DNA from: Botryllus schlosseri
Lineage: Eukaryota
Assembly: GCA_051294905.1 (NCBI GenBank)
Contig: CM119371.1
Location: 1,800,001 to 1,860,000 of the forward strand
Length of the DNA: 60,000 nt
Direction of reading: 5' to 3'
Shown one piece after another: positions 26,957 through 39,450 of the stretch. The notes under the pieces are model-generated. The model did not search any database. It was not told where the DNA came from and saw nothing but the letters and a program-made list of their open reading frames with translations. Position numbers and translations under genes: made by a program. Within the stretch, counting starts at the first letter, position 1. The number at the start of each line of letters is the position of its first letter.

Positions 26957-27826
26957 CTACACAGAAAAATCACAGGTGGTCATGTAGTCGGCATCGCACT
27001 TTTCTACAAGTGTTAATCGGAGGTGGCTACCTAGCTTCACGCTGGGTTGCTATGACTCGATTTACCGGTGACTCGACTTGACTCGAGTAATTTTTTCAAA
27101 TAACTCTACTCGAAAAAATTGACACTTTTTCAAAATATTTAAACTTGGAGAAGTCAAAATTATGTCAAAATTGTAGCGTTAGGCCAAAAATTGTCTAAAT
27201 TGTTTACAAAGTAATAACTTTTTTGCAACCTGCGTTTCGCTCATTTTGTATATTTTGCAGTGTCTGTGAACTTGTCATTTGACATTTCACCGCTTGTAGC
27301 CTACTTTATAGGCCTGCAGTTGTAGACGGTCCATGGTCTGCTTATTGTGAATCGTAAACATTCAAATGAAACAAATAGGTCAACATGGTGCTCAACGTAC
27401 CGCAATATCCCAACTGAAGCTACACTGCGTGGACATTGCAAGGTTCTTATATCAAGAAGTGTTGTGCCACTAAACATTTTAATTATTTCTACCATAATCC
27501 GTGGTGTAACTTCTGCCATTCTTCATAGGACCAGATTTTGTTAAAATAAAGTTGGAAAAATTTTCAGTTATCGATGCAAAAAAGTTTTTTTCAGGCCATA
27601 CTACTTCGTAAGGAAAGACAGTTCCAACCGGAAATGAAGACAATTATAGCGTTATGTGGGAAAACACCTCATTTGTATACATTATTTTTTTTAAATCGGT
27701 AAAAAATGTCAAAATATTGATTTTTACGTCAAAATCGTTCATTTTTAGGTTAAAAATAAGCCTAGTCAAAACCATACACGACATCAAATTCTCCGTTGGG
27801 ATTGCCAGCATTCTGATTGCATTTGC

Positions 27827-27929
27827 ATTTTCCTTACCATTCAGCGAGTCGATACAATTTGAAACTTTGTCGAAGGTGAGGTCATGAATCGGACGAGAGC
27901 ACATCGCTTCGGGACATGCCAATGGCGAT
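27827..27929 (-). pseudogene. RBM28: RBM28-like RRM3 exon, copy D
   Basis: IAIGMSRSDVL.../..FDKVSNCIDSLNGKEN; paralog of 17255-17361. Confidence 0.75.
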
Positions 27930-28572
27930 CTGAATAGAAGATGTCATAAATGTGACAGCAACGTATTGAATTTGAAACATATGAATACAAGCAGGAAAAT
28001 AATGTTCATGCATCTGAGATCTTATCATCCTACAACACACTTGATATCAAAAAGAAACCATCAAGTTTCGCATTGAATTCAAATTTCTGATATTTATTTA
28101 TTTGATATTTTTGGTATTTGGCATCGCCATGACCCAACATATCCATCACTGTTTCAATTCAATAGTGGAAATCGCCTAATAGTTTTATGGTCTTGTTCTA
28201 CGTTCACTTTAGTTACAGCAAGTAGTAGAGGTGGACCGATATCGACCTAGCCGATGATCGAGGCCAATGTTCGGAACATCGCTCCGAGTTCTCAGTCTCA
28301 GGAAATCGACGACACAAAGGGGGCTGCGTGACAGATTGCCCTTGCAGGACAAGTTGAACTGGGTGAGCATGCAGTGAAACTATGCTTCCTGCATCACAGC
28401 CTACCTCTACTGGACTGATCTGTGATTCTGCATCATCTCTTGCTCTTTTGGATATCCCACATTTCAATGAATGTGCACAATTAGGCAATAATTGTTTTCT
28501 AGTTTATTGATCAGCTTTCTGTGGCATGTACAAGAGACAACTACCCTAATCGAACAGAACAGAGTAGAACAG

Positions 28573-29131
28573 TAGGGTTGTTCGAAAAAAAAAAAAATTT
28601 CTGAATCTTGATGGCTACATCATTAAATCATTAGTTTGACTTAAAAAACGATGCACACGAAATTGGAATTCATTCCAACCGGTAAGCGCGGACTTTGTAC
28701 AGTTTGAATATACCCAAAAATGCAAAAAAAAAATTCTAATTTTTGGTCAACCCCAAGAAATTGCTGCGCTGTCTTCAAAAACGATCCAAAACAAATTTGA
28801 CTCAATTCCAACCAGTAAAAGTGGGGACATTTGAGTTTTTCTTTGATAATTCTGGGATTATCCTTGATCGTTGGATAATCCAAGAATTATCAACGAAAAA
28901 CTCAAATAACTCTGCTTCTACTAGTTGGAATCGAGTCAAATTTGTTTTGGATCGTTTTTGAAGACAGCGCAACAATTTCCCGAGGTTGACAGAAAAATTT
29001 GAAAATTATTTTTTATGGCATTTTTAGGTAAATTTTAAGTTTTCACACTGTACGAATTACGCCCTTACCGGTTGGAATGAATTCAAATTTCGTGTGCATC
29101 GATTCAAAAAAAGTTTTTTTGAACAGCCCTA
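28573..29131. mobile_element. Palindromic MITE, family C
   Basis: TAGGGTTGTTCGAAAA...TTTTGAACAGCCCTA; the two halves are near reverse complements around about 28865. Confidence 0.82.
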
Positions 29132-29797
29132 CTGCACAGCCTGTCGTAGTGGTCTGGCGGAAGAGATGGACATGGCCTATTTTGCACCATTCACCCATGA
29201 TTCAGCAACTACATGATACTGCACTATAGTTGTTCCAGACGCAAATGAATAGCTTTGCACAGCATAGAGGCAACTAGAGTGGAACATGGCGTTACTAAAA
29301 ATTCATGACTTTGCAGTTCCAATACAGCAGTTTTCTGAAGAAAATAGCTATTAAAACCAAAAAAAATTCATGATATTATCTTTAATTTGATATCAGATAT
29401 TATCTTTAATTTGATATCACTTCATTTTTGGAGCGAAGTGACCCTTGAAAACAATAATTTTTTAATATTTTTGTACGACAACATTTTTCAACAACTGATG
29501 CTTCAGCAATACCTAAACATGTTTTGCATATTGGAAAACAATATGCATGTAAAGGCTGGTTTTATTGTTTCAATTGGGGTCACCTCTAAAGAGGTTGCCG
29601 ACCGCAGACTTGGACAACTCGATAATTCTAGTCGTCTAATTTCACTAAATTAGATCGAAATGCCAGTCATCTAATTCTAATCTAAATTGGAAAAGTCAAA
29701 AAATTTCTAGTTTTTCAAGTCTGACCGACCGGTGGTCTAGAGTAGGTCAGCTCCACGATACTGACGATGTTTTTGCTGAATAATAGACCTTACATAC

Positions 29798-29919
29798 CTG
29801 GTCATAAGAGACCTTTCCTGCCGAGATAAAATCCCTCTTGCCATCTTTCTCATCCCTTCATTTCCTTGTCTGCTCACAGATTGATCAACCCGAATCTCAT
29901 TCCCTTCCAGGTTGTTGCC
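29798..29919 (-). pseudogene. RBM28: RBM28-like linker exon, copy D
   Basis: GNNLEGNEIRVDQSVSRQ.../YLGRKGLL*P; AG acceptor and GTATGT donor. Confidence 0.8.
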
Positions 29920-32900
29920 CTACAGCGGTAGTCATGAAGTCACACATATGTTGACAGACAGACTTGTGCAAACTATCATCCAGTTAGTGGGTGATCAACT
30001 AACCACTGATTATTTAGTAATTCTGGTTCTAGTTGCGGATTTCGGAAAGTGAAGAGTTTCAGTTGCGCATTTCAGAAAATAATTTGTTGTACAATGATTT
30101 GCGCACCGGTACTCAAATCTGAATCAAGTACCGTACCGTAATGATTCGAGTCGATCAGTGATAGGCGATTTTTTGGACTAATGAAACTTTACGCCCATTT
30201 CTATCGAAAAGTTATAATTGTACATCAACTTTCTGAAACCTCGATTAGTTGTATCCCAACATACGAAAAATATTGTACAAAGCTATGCACGTTAGCGTCA
30301 ATGACATTTCTGTGTAGCTGTGATCGCAAAGCCAAATGAAGTATTTTCGAAAAATACCAAATCATCATTATGTGGTGAAGAGCCGGCCTTATGTTTCGTA
30401 GTTGCATGAAAAGTAGGCTACATACTCAAGCTTTTGGGTCTCCCATATACTTATATCATCATCATGAGTGATTATAATCACATATATCATATATCAAATA
30501 CTCGACGTGAAGCCTAATTCAGAATAGAATCACTCATGCACTATGTCTTCACTCATGTAAGTCTAGTAATTACGAGCAAACCTTTTTCCTGCATGATTTT
30601 GCCTCCAGCATCATCGTCCATCGGTAATTCCATTTCAAGTCAACAACACAGTGACCCACTAGGTCTCAGATTTTCATGTCATTTTAGGAGTGAATCTGGT
30701 ATCTAACACTGAGGGTAGAAAACATGTTTTTTTCAATATTCATGCACTGAAACCATTTTGTGCTCACTCAACGATGAAGTTTAATTACCGGTACCGTAGT
30801 TTTATATATTCCCTGTTACAGTACGGTCATAAAACAGTGTACCGGTATTAAAGTAGTTAAGAGCGGATGATGGCTTTTAATAACAGAATACAAGAAACTC
30901 TTGATATTGGAGGGAAAATTTTCAACAAACAAATGGAGTCAGGGGTCAATATCAGTCTTAATAGCCTACCCCTTTCAATATCCATCAAGCGTGACACAAA
31001 CTTGGAATATTTTAAGCGCTATTCTGTCTACATAAAAGTTGGAAGCAGCTTGTTATATGAAAGCTGGTTTGGGAGAGAAATATGACTGACATGTTTTGCC
31101 TAATAATATGTAATTGGTAGACTAATAGACCTAGTCTAAATCAACTTCATACATAGATACTTCCGACTCCAATCTGTAATTCAATTTCAGATCAAACAAA
31201 AATTAGATTGGGTATCAATAAAGTTTCAGATTTTGCAAATATTTGGATCAAGACATTATGAAGTATGAGTTGATATGATTAAAAAGCAATTTATTTTAAC
31301 GGAATTACCGGTATGCCAACATGAGCGTTATCAGGTTATCCCATTAAAAAAAGCTTTTTCTGCTTATTTAACCTTGAAATGAAAGTTTTTCAAGCTGATT
31401 TGAAATTGTCTGTAAATGAGATACTTTGGCAATAAATAGTTGTTCTTGTTGTTATGTTACATAAGTTGATTGATTTTATCATGCAAGAGTTGAGGTAATA
31501 ATTTCAGGTACACAGCCCCTGATGTCTCCCTCTTCTTTCTGTCTATATCGTAGGCCTACTTCAAAAGTTTTGTGAAGGTTGTCACATGAATTCTGTTGCA
31601 ACATGGAGCATGTACTTAAGTAATGAGTTAGATGCCAAAATTCTGTAACTAGAATATGGAGCATAATTTTCAGCTAAATCACAACATTTTTATAATCTGA
31701 AATATTCCCTGTAGTCCAAGTTCGTAAGTAAATATTACATAAAAATTCCTTTCCTAAAGATTCTATGCAGCAGGTATTATACGGCACTATTTACCAAAAT
31801 ATTCAGGCAAACAGAAATGATAGGGAGAGTTATGAAATATTTTTACACGCAGCGATTTCCATGGGCTTCACCTTCAGCTACATTCTTGGCAGGGCACCAA
31901 AGATGAATATTTTCTCACTAGCTTGGTGAATTCACCAATTTATACAACATGCCAACATTCTCAGGTATAATTAGCTCATTTATAGAGAAAAAAGTTCAGA
32001 TCTCCATAAAAACAGCACTTGGATTTCACGGTTAAATGAGCAGAAAGCTTGTTTTCATCACGCGATAACTTGAAAACTTCATTCAAAATGGATACCGGTA
32101 GCTCAGCTATAGCATTTTACAAGGTGATGAGTCGAATTTCAGCAAAATCTGCAACTTGATGGAGACCGAATTTCTTTTTGGTTCATTTCACATAGAATTA
32201 GCCTACCTATATACAGCAGTCACAAACAATCCAGTAAGCTGGCTTGATCATGGCTTAAGGTTCAGCTTAATCAGACTTGCAGCATCATTTTACATTCAGT
32301 AATTGCATTCTCAAGTGAGGCAGGAACGAACGATCGATACTCCATGGAAACTCGCAAATCATGTTTGATAGAAGCTGTAAGCCAATATGTTATCGGTGTC
32401 TCGTACGGACTAAAGAGTCTACTGAATACACACAGGTGTGAAGCAAGACGCTGAGAACTGTCTTGGCACACCAAACATATTACTCTAAACGTATCAGGAT
32501 TCCATTTTTGGGCATAAACACTTCTTCCTTGGCGAGAGCGATTTTCAGAGTCCGGGGTTACCGGTATTGACTATCAAGCCATGTTACCATTTCCAAAGAT
32601 TTCACATCACACCAAACCTTTCGTAACAAACAGATGCAGCCAGAGGCCATCACAATTTCGAGTTGGTAACCTCTATTCCTATCGATATACCAAGACTGTA
32701 CTATTGTATGTGAGCATAGTAGAAGCGCGAAACGGTATGCCAATAAAGCACTGGTCTACAATCAATAAACGCTTTACCGAGTAATATAAGTGAATCAGCC
32801 TGTACTCTGAAACATATTAGCTATATCTCAAACGTCCGATCGAATTAAAACTGATATTAGTAAACTCAATCAGCTGATTTCACTCCATGTTTTGACTCAG

Positions 32901-33346
32901 AGCCATTCATGCACGTGAGACATTAGCTCCACCACGCGGAAGAATGAAAGGAGTTAAATCGATAACATCATGCAGTTCGATATTACATTTCCTTCATAAC
33001 ATATTTGGTTTGTCATCTCTCCTAATTTTATTCTCCTGTACATGTCGTTATCATCGGATTAGTCGATAAAGCGCACACTCGAATAGGGTTCGTAATATAA
33101 GCATTTAAAAAAACTATACTGCTAGAATAGTTAGGAGCCATCGATGCATGACGTCCTTGGAAGCCGAGGAGACCGCTTGCCTAGTAACCACTGTATATCT
33201 CGTTTTGCACTTTGCCCTATGCCAGGGGCGGGCAACTTGTCCGGTCAGTGAGCTGCATATGGGAAAATTAGGCACTTGGCGGGCAAGGTTACAGAATATA
33301 TACAATTATATATTATACCTTAATCGCGTATTTATCCACCGCTACA

Positions 33347-33707
33347 AGGAATCAATTGTGTTTAACACCAGCTATCCGACAGTCGTCGAGCATGTCCGCA
33401 TTCAAGTCGAAATACAAGCAATTTCTCCTAAATCAATACTAGCCAGTCTTCGGGATTACCGGACCACGACCTAACATCGACCTCGCCCTTCGCCACATGC
33501 CACCTCATTTTGTCGCTTGCGTCTTATATTCTCTGCATTACTTTTCAGTCAGTGTCCATGCCTCTTATTTATTTCGCCTAGGCTAAGGTTGGTGACTGAT
33601 CTTAATGGCTGCTTCAAGTTGTTTCGACACCTTTCTATCTTCGCATTGTATCGCAGTCTTGTGATGTTTTGAAACGATGAAAATATTAATAAACCTGATT
33701 GATTGAT
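33347..33707 (+). mobile_element. 3' fragment of a CR1/L2-group LINE
   Basis: Reads RNQLCLTPAIRQSSSMSAFKSKYKQFLLNQY* (typical ORF2 end, WNxLPxxIRxSxSxxxFKxxLKxxLL), then a 3' UTR ending AATAAACC(TGAT)n. Confidence 0.72.
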
Positions 33708-33901
33708 GTAAACTTCAAGTTTAAAGCATTGAGATCAAAAAGAGTATTTCATGAATTTATTTACAACAGCTATTGAAGTCAATTAGACATCTATGGTCAC
33801 TCAATACTAGTTTTTTGAACTCTGATTGCATGTCATATGCAAAAACCCTTAGTGAAGACTGCTAATGTTCGTGGAAGTGTTGGGATTTAGTCACTGCCTT
33901 C

Positions 33902-34230
33902 TGCAGCAATTAGAGCTTATTGTCTCTGATGATCTGTATAAAAGTACAGCTAACCAATCGTCTTGGTGCTCGGCTATACAATACTTATCTCGAGAAGCTG
34001 TTGCCTTGGGTGAAGTTCTTCGTACCAGATATTTGCTCAATACAATGGTTTATTCGACGTTGATGCAGTAGTAGCGTATAGAGTCTCAATCATAATAAAG
34101 GTAATCTCTAACACGTGTTACCTACACTTATATAGAAGTCTCGACTCTCGAGTAATCACAACGAGAAGTAGTTTCTTATTCGAGACATAGTGAAATATCA
34201 TGGGCGAGTGATCACAGCGTTATCACTGCA
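33902..34230 (-). repeat. 3' LTR (329 bp)
   Basis: TGCAGCAATT...TATCACTGCA; repeated at 39699-40027. Confidence 0.95.
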
Positions 34231-36309
34231 TTATCTCTACTTGAAAAGGGAATTAATTAGGAATAATTAAGGGAAAAGCCAATTAGATTATACGACCATG
34301 AATGACAAAATCGATTTACTATGTCGAATACAAGTTTTGGTACAGAAAGGTCACCCCGTCCCCATTAAAAAAAAATCGGTTAGTCACAACTACGAGTAAG
34401 GACTTAATTTCAACGACCATTTAGTAATTACATGAAATGTTGTCAACAACTACAATGAATTAGGCCTGTACAGTTTCAGCTTAAGTATGAGAAGTTGCAA
34501 GAGTAAGGTTTTATACTGCATTTCTAATATACAAGTTACCCGAAATGGAATAACACAAAACAATTTAATCCTAAGCAAAAAGTAAGCATAAACAAATACA
34601 AATTCATCCACGTGACAGCCCAAATCATCATGAGTGGTACCGCCGCTGTTCACGTGAAGGCAAAATTAACTTCAGTGTGTGACCGGTATATATACAATAG
34701 TGGCCAGTTCAAACATTGCAATATCTCGGTCGATATTGTGACTTAGAGTAACCAACATACTCAAGTCCGCGTAAACTTCAGTTTCGGGCCGTGGCCCATA
34801 TGCACCAGTGTGTTCCTGGTCAGTGAAATTCGTACAAAATCTCGATCGATAATGTACCATAGAGATATCAACATATCTCGATGTTTCCGGCGTACAACTT
34901 GTTACTCAATTCCAGTGTGCCTGCACTGTCGTGCACATGCAGGTTTCCTGTGGGGTCTGGCATCGTCTCGGTTTGTAAGAACTGCGTAATTTTCGTCTGC
35001 GATTCATCCTTTGTCTGATTGACACAGACTTCAGCGTATATAGAGCTCACTTAGACGCTGTGCGGGGTTGCAGATTCGACGTGGCTACGTACGCGTGTTG
35101 GCGCTGTCGAGTCTTCCAATGATCGCAAAATTGGGATATCGTCGGTCGGTTAAATCGATCGTTCGCGGTATATTGGTACAGTTACACCGGTGGAATAGCG
35201 GCGAACTGTTGCTGTGCGACTGTTGATGTGAGACGGCACTTGGTGTCAGAATCGTCCCGAAGTATATTATTGCCAGATCGTTGTTTTTGAGCTGATCGAA
35301 ATCGTTTCGATGAATTTGCACACATGAGTAGAAGCGTACGCCGGAACGCGGAAGTGTGGACGACGGACACGTATATTTTCGTCAATTCTGTAAAAACCTC
35401 ACGACAGCATGACGCAGAAAGGGAATATACTAGCACGATTATAACTAGCACAAAATAATGAATCCAAGCATGAAATAAAATACAAATTCTAACCCTAAGC
35501 AACCAGTCTGAGAAGGCGTACCTAAGTAGTACGGTGTTAGCAATATCAGAAACAATTTTAAAAACAATAAGGCACGCTGTTCCCATACAGCGTTGCAAGC
35601 AAGGGGTCAATCACTGGCGACTGCGGAAAAAAAATGTAGGGAGCAGACGCGCGAAAAATATTTTGCACGTGGCGAAAGAAAATGCAATATGGACAGGAAG
35701 TCTGGTAACTAGCGAACTCCTAATGTAAGTCAAAACATGTCTGTTAAATTGCGATCCAAGTAATAAATTCTCGGTGCAGCCGGGGTAATGATTTGCGTAA
35801 TCTTGACAGCGGATGTGCGATTGATAGGTACTGCTGAGTTTTGTAACGTGAATTCCAAACAACTCATCACAATAAGTCAATCAACTCGATAGAAATGATA
35901 AAACAACGCGTTATGGCGTTGTACAGAATTGATATTAATTGTTAATCGAGTCATTATAAGACTGTTAAAGTACGTAAATATGTTACAAACTTGAAAGATA
36001 CATTATAAGCCTGCTCACTCAATGGTTGTTTATTGAAATTTATATCGAAACTGAAATTTAATGGGCGTTTCAAGGGCTTAACAATGTGGAAATACACGTT
36101 TTTCTGATAGTCGTCTTTATGCGGAGTAATTATCTCAGCAATTGCAACATGTGGTTGAAGTACGGGATAACGCTCAGTAATGCTACATGTACGCACGCGA
36201 TGCCGTGAAATATAAAAGTAGGGTAGCGTTAGTAAGTTATGAATGAAATATAGCTGAATAATGAAATTATTATTAAAAAACAGATAGCAAAGCTAAATCA
36301 TGCTACAAA

Positions 36310-37447
36310 CAGAGGTGGTAAAAGTAGTCAAGAAAGTTACTCAGTAGAAGTAGAAGTAGCGACGAAAAAAATCAACCCAAGTACGAGTAGAAGTACTTCT
36401 TCCATAAGCAACTTAAAACTACTTGAAGTAGAAGTAGAATTGACTGACTTTAAATCTACTCAAGTAAATAAGTAGTTGTGAAAACGATCGTAATTCGCTC
36501 ACATGGATTCTCAAAACGTGTAAATCGAGCTATGTGGAAGGTACCGAGCTTGATTCATATTGATGCATACCAGGAGGTATCCAATTTTTGACAGCACAGG
36601 CATTCGTCAGCATCATGGGATTGAAATCATAGTATTGATATGTAAATGCGATACTAATCCTATGTTTACTCGAACAGCACGTTTTAGAAAACATCATGGT
36701 ATGACATTATCCCCCATATTATAAGGCCTGCGGTTTTAGTCGAAGAGCAATACGGAGAAGCTGTATTGGATACGCTTTAAACACTTTGTGCGATCCGTAA
36801 ACGTTAATAAAAAAATATAGTGGACCGTAAAAATGCCATATTGTGTAGCTTTATTTCCGGAAATTAAAGGCATTACTACACTTGCTTTACTACTTCAACA
36901 TGTATGTTATCCAGACAAAAGAACTGATGTTAATTAGAACTCAAAGTATATGATACTGGGGATTGAAAATGAAATATTAAATGCTACTTCTAAAAGCGTT
37001 TTTAGTCCGGAAAGTTTCGAAGGTTGGTATGCTAAAACATCTCTAAAACTAAAAAAAATCAAAGTCCACTTTTCCAGATTAGAACACGACATGGACTGCT
37101 AGATTACAATATGATAAGTAAATGCTAGATTGCGAAACATCCGTTTCAAACGTTATGACGAGCGGGGCGAAGTGCGACAACGCGGTGCTTTACTCAACTT
37201 GTATGAAAATTAAGTGTTGATACTTCGTGAAAACATCCCCGGAATTTCTCAGGCTATCTTCCTGATTGAAGGATTAAACTACTTCTACTTGACAAACTGA
37301 AAATAGCGAAAAGTAAGTAAGTAGATCACAAAGTATTATGAAATAGAAGTAGCGAAAATCAGATGTACGTGAGTAAGTATCAGAAGTAGAGGAAAACGAT
37401 TCGAGTAAATCGAAAAAAGTAGAAGTACTCGTTACTGACCACCTCTG
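36310..37447. mobile_element. hAT-type MITE, family D (CAGAGGTGGT termini, AGTAG repeats), nested in the LTR element
   Basis: CAGAGGTGGT...ACCACCTCTG; perfect TSD GCTACAAA (36302-36309, 37448-37455); decayed relatives near 43619, 45610-46187, 50290-50475 and 50705-51620. Confidence 0.9.
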
Positions 37448-38901
37448 GCTACAAAGCACGGCCTCGGTAATTACAAATAGTCCCGAAGGCGTGTCATATT
37501 TCAATCTTGCACGCTTATACATTGATGTGTAACATGTGGAGCAAATTGTAGAAAAAAAATTCAAACAGGGAGTCATGCCCTATTACGTCAGGCCAACAAG
37601 CAAACCAGATAGCGTTTAGGAGTGGCGGAATAGATGCTCTGTGCACAAGGTCTGGCGCGTAATCGAAAACAAATGAAGGATTTATTAGAAATGTAAGTGA
37701 GTAATTACAATATCAGTCAAACTCACATTGATCATGGCATGATGTTATCATATACAGAGGAGTGAGAGGGCTGTTATGTGTCTGTAAATATATGAAAGCT
37801 GAAAGGCCTATGAAATCCCTTTTTGAAATGCCGTCAGACTACCATTACTCAATGTGGAGTTACGAATGGGTTCTTTGAATGAAAGATGCGTCATTATGGA
37901 CGATCGGTAAAAGTACAATATTCGGGCAAATTAGCATAATTTCGGTTAGATAATAATGGTGGAACCGAATGATGATTTCAGGCGATTATATGCTGAACAA
38001 GAAATTTGTATTGCAAAATTACACTTCCTTGCTAAAGCGTTACGAAATTTAAGAAACCGTTGTGTTAGAATCAGCGGAACATGCACGTGCACGTGGCGAT
38101 ATAATCGAAAGCTGAAAACCACATAGCGTTTTGTGATAAGGTTTCCGTTAACGCATCAAAAATAAATTTCCGAACTAGAGTATTTCGTAATATTCACGGT
38201 CCGTTATCTATGAATCCAAACCAATGTACGCTGTTCAGTTATTATTCGACTGAACAAGATATGACATATTAAATAGCGAATTTTATAATAGGTCTAGAGC
38301 TGAGATAAGAACATCACGGCCGTAATGTTAATAATATTTAAAGTCACCGATAACACCTTAACTTAGCGGAGGCCATTAAGCTATGAAGGTTGATAAAAAT
38401 GCGTTGTAGGCATAAAGGATGCCGCTCGACATTACATTCAATGGATATAAATCCGACACGAGACTGCGGTACTGGTCAAAGGTTCTATCGTATAGACACA
38501 GGAATGATCGCAAAGAGGCCCGCCTTAGCCCCGGTCCGTTCAATCTGCAGGTTTATTCGGACCAGGAAGCGTTATGCTCTGAACTTCTTCATCCCGCCTC
38601 TACACGCACCCGGGTCGAACGAATGCCAGCCCCCGATTTCTCGCATCCCAATTCAATATACAATGGGAGTTGCCGTGTAATTGCATAAATCGGTGATATT
38701 TTCTCAGTAAATGTGGGACATAATTCCATTCTTAGCGTATGGTAATCCCATAAGATATAGTGCTTAACGAATTCAACGATTGAGGGATAAGTTAATTTGA
38801 TCTGTGCACAAGATAAATCCCATATTAACGAATTCAAGCAAAAGATACCTAAGACCTGATTCACATTCGACCATATCTTAGCGTAATATTTTGGTTGGAA
38901 A

Positions 38902-39450
38902 TCATAGATTAGTCGTACGGCGAGCGGTATTCAAATGTATTGCGCTCGCATATTTATTCCTCTCAGGAAAACCAGCGTCGGCACGCTGGACAAAGGTCAA
39001 CAGTTCCCGTATGATAGTATATAATATGTAGTACATGTAGTATGTAATGCGCTTCATTTTGTCAACAACCAAAGTCATTTGCCTTTGCGCGTCAGTCATA
39101 TATTGTCTCAGAAAAGCTGAGCTATCATTTACTGACGGCGCGACACAATTTTGAACGGAAAGGCGATTTGATTCTTGCGGGTCGACGATAGTCGAATTTT
39201 TCGCAATGTGCGCTGATAGCCCCGGCTGTCCGGAGAAATTGGCCGCGTTATTTTGACCAATTTTAGCAATTAGATTAATTTTTGCTTCGCCTAAATACGT
39301 AGGCTCGTTTATAGCAAAGCTGATAGTGAAAGCGTGCCCAATTCTTTCATCGGCAATACCGAGTAAAGCTACTTCGTGCTTAACATCTTTAGCGTGACCG
39401 ATTTCAGAGTCTAGTACCATCTCCGCTGGTTGCATAGTTTTACTCGCCAT
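38902..39450 (-). CDS. Hypothetical 182-aa protein at the gag position of the LTR element
   Basis: Longest ORF in the window; ATG about 250 nt downstream of the 5' LTR and in the element's inferred sense; no domain recognised. Confidence 0.5.
   Translation of the reverse strand: MASKTMQPAEMVLDSEIGHAKDVKHEVALLGIADERIGHAFTISFAINEPTYLGEAKINLIAKIGQNNAANFSGQPGLSAHIAKNSTIVDPQESNRLSVQNCVAPSVNDSSAFLRQYMTDAQRQMTLVVDKMKRITYYMYYILYTIIRELLTFVQRADAGFPERNKYASAIHLNTARRTTNL

Noticed and set aside
33865..34071. Near-identical peptides at 33865 and 39623
   Set aside because: Both are translations of the same LTR sequence, not a duplicated gene.
35241..35259. TGGTGTCAGAA resembling a tRNA-Leu PBS
   Set aside because: It is about 1 kb from any LTR and on the opposite strand to the inferred element; likely chance.
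38390..38688. Plus-strand ORFs inside the LTR element
   Set aside because: Antisense to the inferred element orientation, short, and without recognisable motifs.
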